The notes beneath the pieces were generated by a model that saw nothing but the letters and a program-made list of their open reading frames with translations, was not told the origin of the DNA and made no database searches. A stretch of DNA of 64,000 nucleotides from positions 140,244,001 through 140,308,000 of the forward strand of contig OX597817.1 in assembly GCA_951406725.2 (NCBI GenBank), read 5' to 3'. The DNA is from Octopus vulgaris (Eukaryota). Below, piece by piece: positions 55,590-64,000 of this stretch; the stretch's first letter is position 1, and each line of letters opens with the position of its first letter. Both the position numbers and the translations under genes were made by a program.

Positions 55590-56897
55590 CGTGTGAGTGT
55601 AAGTGTGTATGAGTGCGTGTATGTGTGAATGAGTGTGTGTGTGTGTATGTGACAGTGTGAAAGGCAGGAAGAGCAGTGTAAAAAAAAAAAAAAGAAAAGC
55701 GGAGGGGTGGTAGAGAGCTAGTGTAAGAGCTAAGTGATCATGTGGACAAGTCTCTCCCTCCAGGCCCGTCAGGTATTTGCAAGGAAACAAAGTAATTCTC
55801 GAGTTTCGCTCAAATAGCATCACTTTTCTGCAATTAGATCTTTCTCTGTCGTTCACACACACACACACACGCACACACACACACACTCACACACGCACAC
55901 ACACACACATACACACACACACGGATACCTACCTGTTCAGCTTTGGTATTCTGATTTTTTTTTTTTTTTCATTCTTAGTTTCTTCGTCGAATTTACCTGT
56001 AAATAGCAGGTACAAAGATCACGTTTATAGACACACCGAGAATAAGGGAGAGAAAAGAAAGAGGACGGTGAGAAAATGGAACGAAAGAGACGGGGGCGGG
56101 TAAACGATGGGGGAGAAGGAATTGCCAATCAATCATTAATTGGAATATAATCATTAATATTTTAACCACGATCAGCGACAATATGTATGAAACGACTATA
56201 AAACAGTTTGTATATTCCTAACACGATGCACGTGTATATGTAAACATATATATATGTGTGTGCATGTTTGTCGGTACATATACACCTATATGCATATATG
56301 TAAATATTAATGCCAAGCTGCATCACTATATGCATAGGTGCATGCAAATATAGTTTAGTGTTGCATAAAAAATTGAATTATGAAATATTGCATCGTTTAA
56401 ATTTTATATTTACAAAATTTAATCAAATAAATTTCCACTTGTTTGCTGTCAACGACAGAATTTCCACGAAGGTTAAAAACAAACCATTAATTTTCAAGGT
56501 GTTAAAAGACTCTTAAGGTTTGTTTCCTTAACTTCTAGAAGGTTGGTTGCAAATTCTTGCTACGTTCATTGTTTTAAAATATTAATCTTTGTTTTACGTT
56601 TGCAATCGGAGACAATTTGAAGTAACCAGACTCAGTACAAAAATTCAGCATTGCCTTTTCATAAAAAAAGAAAAAATCAAGGAGCAGATAAACAATGGTA
56701 AATATCTGTATGAAACCCTTCTAATCTATATTTTATATTGATATTGTATCTATGTATAACCACACCATTACACATGTATTACGGGGAGCATACACACACA
56801 CCCACGCGCATACACACAGACACTTTGAAAGGGGCACTCAGTCACTCATAAATACTTATTTACTGTGCAAAAACCCATTATCCCTTGTAATATGCAG

Positions 56898-58244
56898 TGG
56901 TTGGTTGTCGACGCGAAATGTCCAGTGTCCTGACTAGAAGGAGAACGAGTGATACGATTTTGGCTGTTAAGTACACTCCATGCGCCGAGGAACAGACAGA
57001 TGACGAATTGGAAGAAATTGCAATTGTTAGTCGAGATAACAGTAGCGAGAAAAAACCCAGCGAATTAGATGTTGAACAAAGTGTCACTGTAACCGTAAAC
57101 GGCCCGCGCTTGCTTCCAGGTGTTGGCGTTTTCCATTCTCCGTCAGACCGTACCAAATTGATAGGGGAACGCTTGAGCTCGCAGTTGTCGCTACCGTCTC
57201 CAGTTTACTCAAACAAAGTTGTCGAACAGGCAACTTGTAAATCTACATCTAAACAAAGTCTTCTTGATATTGTAAGTAATCGTATTGACAAAGCAAAACA
57301 GCGCACTAGATCAGGCGAAGATATTGCTTTGATGCGCAAGATTCGTCCGACGGAACCTGTTACCACCCGAGAGATTCGTAAACAACGCAAGAAAGAAATC
57401 ACCCAAATTTTTGGTAACAAAAGACAACGGCAGCAAGAACGTATCGAGACCTCAACCAATAGTAGCGATAAAAGTGGTTGTAAGTGGACATTCGTTTTCG
57501 ATCCTTCGGGGCGGTTATCCTATTGGTGGTCTGCCGTGGTCAGTATTGCATTCCTGTATAATTTTTGGGTCCTTATTTACAGGTTTGCTTTCCAAGAAAT
57601 TCGTACAGAAACTACTTACCTGTGGTTCACGTTGGACTACACTGCTGATTTTCTTTATATCTTGGACATCGCCTTCCATTTTCGGACAGGATTCCTTGAT
57701 GAGGGCGTGCTCCAAACAGATGCTACCAAACTTAGGATTCATTATATGAACACAACTAGATTTTATATTGATTGTTTATGCCTCTTACCTTTGGACTTTT
57801 TATACCTTTCCATTGGATTCTGTTCAATTTTACGTGGTTTTCGATTGGTGAAAGTTTACAGATTCTGGACTTTTTTAGACAGGACAGAACGCCATACCAA
57901 TTACCCGAATGTAATCCGAACCACAACGTTAATGCATTATTTACTGGCGTTATTTCACTGGAATGCTTGTCTTTATTATATAATTGTTTACAAGATCGAC
58001 AAAGCAACCGCAGATTGGGGCTTTCCTAAAGACGAGTCGGATGTACTGAAACAATATCTACACGCTCTTTATTGGAGTACCTTAACACTGACAACCATAG
58101 GGGATCTCCCTATGCCACGATCTACTGGAGCTTACCTTTTCATCATCTTTGAATTAATGTTTGGCTTACTCTTATTCGCGACCGTTTTGGGTCATATAGC
58201 GAATATTGTTTCGTGTGTCAGCGCAGCAAGAAAGGATTTTCAAG
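56898..58244 (+). CDS. cyclic nucleotide-gated cation channel alpha subunit, large exon (N-terminus + S1-S6 and pore)
   Basis: FVFDPSGRLSYWWSAVVSIAFLYNFW (S1), FHFRTGFLDEG, S4 LRGFRLVKVYRF..DRTERHTNYPN, HWNACLY (S5), pore YWSTLTLTTIGDLP, S6 LLFATVLGHIANIV..ARKDFQ. Acceptor TGCAG at 56897, first ATG 56918, donor CAAG|GTAAGG at 58244. No C-linker/CNBD exon found in the window. From recall it resembles the Drosophila CG42260-type CNG. Confidence 0.95.
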
Positions 58245-59049
58245 GTAAGGTTAGAACTTCTTCCTCTTCGTTGTCACTTTCGTTTTTACTTCTTTGTTTT
58301 TACTTTCATGTAACAACTTATTGATTAATAATTGCGATCATAATGTCTTTTAGTTCTTAGCAACCAAAGCTAAACTTTTAGCAAATCCAGGACATGCGAT
58401 TGATTTATCTATCAAAGAGCAATCCGTTACTAATTTAAAATTTGAAGATATACAGAATTTCAAGTATTCCACGATGGTTTAAACAATATTGAAAAGAAAA
58501 AGCAAAAAATGACAGAACATAGAATATCTTTTCGATTTATTTTATTTTGCGCAATTATAAGAAAATATATATCTCTATCGTACCCACATTCTAAGTGTGC
58601 ATATTGTATTTAAGGGCATACTCTATGCAAAAAAGATTACCAAAATCATGTCAACAAACAGAAACGATCAAATAAAGTTTTCGGCTCTCGTCTTGTTATT
58701 TAATAAATCCATTTGGTCGCCATTTAAGAGTCTTCAAACCTAATTTGTCTTTTGGTTCTTTTAGGACTTTGACCTTGTTCTTTTAATTCCATTTCCATCA
58801 AACTCTGAACTTGATTTATTGACATAAATAGACTGAGAGGGATAAACGTCAGAATTCAATCTTTTATTGTAACTACGAATTGTTGCTGTTGTTGTCGTAG
58901 TCGTTGTTTTTGTTGTAGTTGTTGTTGATGATGATGATGGGTCAGTCCAGATTGAGTAGATTGTTTTTGTTCGTTTGTTTCTTGATTTCGTTTAGAAACT
59001 TTTCTGAGCGATGACGTTCGCATGGACCCCGAGACTGGTAAGAAGGGTG

Positions 59050-60290
59050 CTATTGTTGCTTCCTTTCAAACATTTGACAACTGCAAGAAAAACAGGGAAA
59101 TTTCAAATGCCCCCTGCGGGAAGAAGGACTGGACAAAGTGGTCAGTGTGGAGCTGCGGGAGTGATGAAGTCGTAATGTGGATGAGAATAAAAGACGAGAC
59201 GAGTGATCGTGGAGTGATAGAATGAAAACGATATGGCAGATCGGAAGAGCAGAGATCATTATAGTAGCGGTAGAAGAAGTAGTTTGAGAGGATACAGTAT
59301 GTTTGTTGATCAGAAGTTAGAGTGTGATGGTGAGTGACTTGATGCCGCTCACATCTGATTCTAGCCTTTCTTTGGCTCCAATCTGTGCGTGTGCAGCGCC
59401 ACCTGCTGCACCTTTCTAGATGCAGGAGCAGCACGTCATTGTGGGTCGCAGATGAGTTTCGTGAAGTGTTAGGAGTAGATGGGGATGAAGCATTTTCAGG
59501 TCATGAGTGGGAAAGGGGACCAGTCTTTGTGATGTATTCTCTGTTGATGTCGTTAAGAAGGGGAGAGCCTGTGCGATGTGATCTCGAGATTAATTATTTT
59601 AATGGTCCTAGCTGTAGCTGTTCATGTTTAGGGGCGCGCAGTTTGAATAACGATATTATCTGCTAGACTATGGTGGGATCATGTCGTTTTGCTGTTGAAG
59701 GAGACAAAATTGATGTGACCCTATTGCACGATATTTTCGAGATTTCTGTTCAGAAAATCGTGGCAGGTTTTGCATGAGACATTTAGGTCTCGTGTAGTTA
59801 ACATTTCGATGAGGAAGGCCAGAAAGGATTGAAGGACGATAACGTATGTCAATTTAGGAGTTAGCGTTGTCAGAGATGGCGGTAAACAAATTGTTGACGT
59901 ATAAGAGGAAGAGTCTGGGGTGGAACGGAATATCAAATACTAAGGATCAGTAGAGTCGAATGAAACTGAGTCAGAAAGGGAAAGATTCGTCAGATACACA
60001 AGAGAGAAAGCCGTTGATTCGAGATGACGAGCAACCGACAAAGAGCAACAAGGTGGACAAAGTTTTCGAACAAGATCATACGCCCGGACTCTGGGAATTA
60101 AATTACTTAACGTGTCAGTTGTTTTTAAAGAATGCCGGGAATAATTTGAAGACTTGCTTGTATTACCAGCAAATCGAATATCTATGTTGAAGATTCCGTA
60201 ACGGTCCACATAACTCTGAGTTGGATAAGGGCATTTGACAACGTGTCCCCCAAACTGGAGCGCTTGAAGTCCTTCCAAAATACAATACAA
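59050..60290 (-). mobile_element. decayed Jockey/CR1-like LINE (RT C-terminal half)
   Basis: Minus fragments PRLFLLYVNNL, LNRNLENIVQ*G..NFVSFNSKT, FFYRYYNDLCSSDL, FVQSFFP; many stops. Confidence 0.65.
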
Positions 60291-60389
60291 AGTGTATATA
60301 AAATTGGGTAAAAGAAGAAGGAAGAAAAAGAAAAGGAGAATGGAGTTTCATCGATATTTGTAGGGTATAATACACGCACACATATGCAT

Positions 60390-60420
<31 letters not shown>

Positions 60421-60549
60421 TGTGTGTGTATGTGTGTGTGTGAGTGTATTCATACTTATACATACATACGTGTATGTATATTGTTGGCATCCTTTTTCTC
60501 GGGAGACAATGGAGTTGCGCATAAACTAATCCAGTCTGGTTTTTACATT

Positions 60550-60905
60550 TCATGTCCTCTCCAGTTGCCTCTCCAGTTTTGCGCAGGCCTGGACTAGATG
60601 TAAGAAAATCCTGGGTAACCCAATCGTCAGGATTCCTCTCTCGACCTTGCTGACATAGTCCAAAGGAGTGCAGAGCATTACGATTGGCACCAGCCTGGTT
60701 GCATGAGCTGCCGGAAGAGTATCAAGTCGAACATTAAACCGCCTACGGGGCTCCACTCCGGATTTCTTTGAAGGTTGTCTCCTTTCCGTAAACCTGGATA
60801 GGGGACCATATCGGGTACTGTCAGCCGGAGCCAGCTGAGCCCAGGACTCGTGTCGGGCAGGGTCGTCACTCCCTGAAGTAGTGAAGAAAATCGCTACCCA
60901 CTACC
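60550..60905 (-). mobile_element. possible RTE-type LINE 5' UTR remnant
   Basis: GC-richer segment with AAATCCGGAGTGGAGCCCC..GCTGGTGCCAA, recalled from RTE 5' regions; no ORF. Confidence 0.3.
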
Positions 60906-60909
60906 TAAA

Positions 60910-60956
<47 letters not shown>

Positions 60957-61011
60957 ACAAACATGCATATATGTATGTGTGTATGTGTGTATGTGTGTAC
61001 GTATGTAGAGA

Positions 61012-61308
61012 AGGCGCGTGGCTTAGTGGTTAGTGTATTTGGCTCAGGTGGAAAGGTTTCGATTCCTACGTTGTGTCCTTGAGCAAGACACATTGCTGTA
61101 GTCCACTCAGCTGGCAAAAGTGAGTTGTGCCTGTATTCCAAAGGGGCCAGCCTTGTCACAGGCTGTGTCACGTTGGATCCCTCTGAGAACTATGATAAGG
61201 GTACGCTTGTCTGTGGAGAACTCGGCCACTTGCGCGTTAATTTTCCGAGCAGGCTGTTCCGTTGAACGGATCAACTGAAACTCTCGTCGTCGTAACCGAC
61301 GGAGTACC
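61012..61308 (+). mobile_element. tRNA-derived SINE family C-related
   Basis: A box TGGCTTAGTGG, B box GTTTCGATTCC, TCCTTGAGCAAGACAC core; 3' end shared with 35370. Confidence 0.82.
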
Positions 61309-61369
61309 TGTACATATGTATATGTGTATAGATAGATTGATAAATAGCCAGCTAGCTGCCTGGCTAGTT

Positions 61370-61418
61370 AGCTAGATAGGTAGACAGATAGACAGATAGA
61401 TAGACAGATAGATAGATT

Positions 61419-61495
<77 letters not shown>

Positions 61496-61536
61496 ATAGG
61501 TAGGTAGGTAGATAGATAGATAAATAGGTAGGTAGG

Positions 61537-61579
<43 letters not shown>

Positions 61580-61584
61580 GTAGG

Positions 61585-61675
<91 letters not shown>
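61370..61675. repeat. (TAGA)n array
   Basis: Directly visible. Confidence 0.95.
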
Positions 61676-61676
<1 letters not shown>

Positions 61677-62146
61677 AAAGGTTTGGAAGTGTAGGATTAA
61701 GAATATAGGAGTGGAAACGAAGTGCAAGTCTCTCGGCCAAAAGCATGCGTATCGGTGTGTGGATGCAACGATGAAAATATGTAATACTTTAAAATCGAGT
61801 CAGAAACGGTAAAGTGCTTACAAAGCAGCACGTATTTCTTAGCGTTTGTTCAATACAACACTTTGTCTTTGATTCCTGCTCCACTTGTCTTTACCATTTT
61901 AGCTCTCTGACCTGTAAAAAGAAAAAAAACAATACCAGTTACATACTGGGGTCGAATGAAACAACTTTATTCCCCACCCGCTTTTAAGAATACCGACCCC
62001 TTTTAATCTGGAGATTTCTTTGTTGTTGTTGTTGTTGTTCTTCTTCTTCTTCAGCAACAGCACCACAACAACAACCACCACCACCACCACCACTACTACT
62101 ACTATTTCTACTACTGCTGCTACTGCTGCTGTTGCTGCTGCTGCTG

Positions 62147-62215
<69 letters not shown>

Positions 62216-63218
62216 AATAAGTCGGGTTGATAGATCACCTCCACTGCTTTGTAATACATCGAAACTAAATTACCTGCTTAATTAGTCCTAGAATAACGGA
62301 TACTGAAAATCGAGCTCGAATCCCGCTGCAGGCTTTGTTTGTCCTGGGTCACCTGAATATGACAATTCGGGGCAGACAGAGCCCTGTAACATACTTGCTT
62401 GTTATTGTTGTTATTGTGGTGGTGGTTGCTCCTTAGCTCTGGGTCAAACTTAAGCAAATCGACCTGTGATCAAAGGTTATTTTGATACAGGTGGTGGTGG
62501 TGGTGGTATGTGGTGGGGAGATGTAGGTAGTAGGGAACTGTATATCTGGGACTACATTATACCATGGTGGCAGACATGTCCGGAGAATGAAGAGATTTTT
62601 CCCGTCAATATGAAGTCTTACGTGGAATCTTGGGCAAGTATCTTTATAATTGCCCCACGTTGCCCCAGAGCCTTGTCAGTGAAATTAAACAGATGGAACC
62701 TATACAGAATCCCGCTGAATGGATGTTTGTAATTCAAACGCGACACTGTGACACACTGATACACTGATTCTGTCAAAGAATTATGTTAAGAGTACACGTG
62801 TCCCTGGAATACTCGGCCACGTGCACGTCAATTCACTGACTGGACAGTGTTATTGATCAAAAAATTGAAACATTCATCGTCGAAGCCGACGAAGTCCCAT
62901 CTGTCTTTTTATTTTACATTATCAAAATGCTTTCCCTTGATTTAAGACGATTATGTTTTAAGGGTGATTTGGCTGATATTTCTAGCTGGTCAGTCAACCA
63001 CAAACTTTATAAATCCAACCAAACTGAAATAATTTACTTTGGTCACGTGACTTGTACCAATAAGCGCATTGTCACGTGAGTGAATTGCATAGTTCAAACC
63101 CCACCAATTGATAACGTTAAATATGTCTGAAATGAGGGGCTTGGAGCCCAACTACAGAATGAGAATGATCGCCGTCGTCATCGTTGTCGTCGTGGTTTCA
63201 GCATCTTCGTCATCATCA

Positions 63219-63276
<58 letters not shown>

Positions 63277-63512
63277 GGCTGAAACAGTCTGGTTTTATGA
63301 GACGTTGTGTATGGTCCCAGGGGTCTGTTACCCTATAATGCTGAGTTACACAGCAAAGAACACTCGGAAATGTATGAACATCACAGCTCATTGTTTCTTC
63401 ATTTTTCTAAATTTCCTCTATTCAAACTCAGTGAACAATTGGGCAATGTACCGCTCACCAGATGACTTGGCTCTTTGGTTATTTGTTTCATAGATTTGTA
63501 CAGTGGCCCCCA

Positions 63513-63571
<59 letters not shown>

Positions 63572-63836
63572 TTGTGTGTGTGTGTTCATCGACTCTGTTA
63601 TTGGTGTACGTCTGCGTTTGTTGTCAATTGTGTTGTTTGGTAGATTGTTCGATAGTTTAGTTCATCGATGCCGTCTTCTAACGTCTGCCCTTAATGGACA
63701 ATCTGAATGCTGTTTGATAAATCAGTCTGTTTAGTGTGTATGGGCATATGTGTTTGATGGATATGTGCACAAAGTACTCATGCTTGATCGATTGCCACCG
63801 TGTCGGATGGGTTGTTCTATTGTCAATTGATGTTTA

Positions 63837-64000
63837 CTAGCACTATGACCCGGCAACGCCGGGTCATAGTGCTAGTGCATGCATATACAGCTGCGTGCGT
63901 GCGTGCGCACATACACGCGAGGACTGTCCAAATCTCCGACCAATCACATACAGTTAACTGGCATTCAATTGGCGTATCAAGTTTCGGGCATTTTGATTGG
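63837..64000 (-). mobile_element. non-autonomous Helitron 3' part (runs off the window)
   Basis: Reverse complement of ~35191-35350; ends CTAG|T on the minus strand. Confidence 0.8.

Noticed and set aside
58245-58324. C-terminal tail of the 475-aa ORF (KVRTSSSSLSLSFLLLCFYFHVTTY)
   Set aside because: Read-through into the intron after the CAAG|GTAAGG donor; CNG homology stops at ARKDFQ.
60820-60880. HDV-like ribozyme in a putative RTE 5' UTR (GAG-TCCTGGG-CTC resembles P3/L3)
   Set aside because: I could not find a matching P1/P2 pairing by eye.

Overview
Eukaryotic, AT-rich, microsatellite-saturated genomic DNA. It is very probably from an octopod cephalopod (Octopus); this is inferred from my recall of the tRNA-derived SINE families and the repeat landscape, not from a search. 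Nearly all long ORFs in the supplied track are translated microsatellites. The one confident host-gene segment is a 1.35-kb + strand exon (56898-58244) encoding the N-terminus and S1-S6/pore of a cyclic-nucleotide-gated (CNG) channel alpha subunit. There are weaker candidate exons of a minus-strand gene. The rest is a retroelement graveyard: at least four SINE families; R4/Dong-clade LINE fragments sitting in (TAA)n tracts; an L1/Tx1-like LINE in (TCTA)n that shares its 3' tail with the commonest SINE; RTE and Jockey/CR1-like LINEs; a Gypsy gag remnant; two non-autonomous Helitrons; and many Penelope-like element (PLE) remnants. The most interesting signal is RNA-structural. A 2.5-kb PLE (2198-4731) has 239-bp inverted pseudo-LTRs, each with an intact minimal type I hammerhead ribozyme whose stem III is palindromic (dimer-competent). 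About eight further hammerhead relics from several PLE families occur across the window. SINE multimers also join at a fixed point inside the tRNA-like hairpin.
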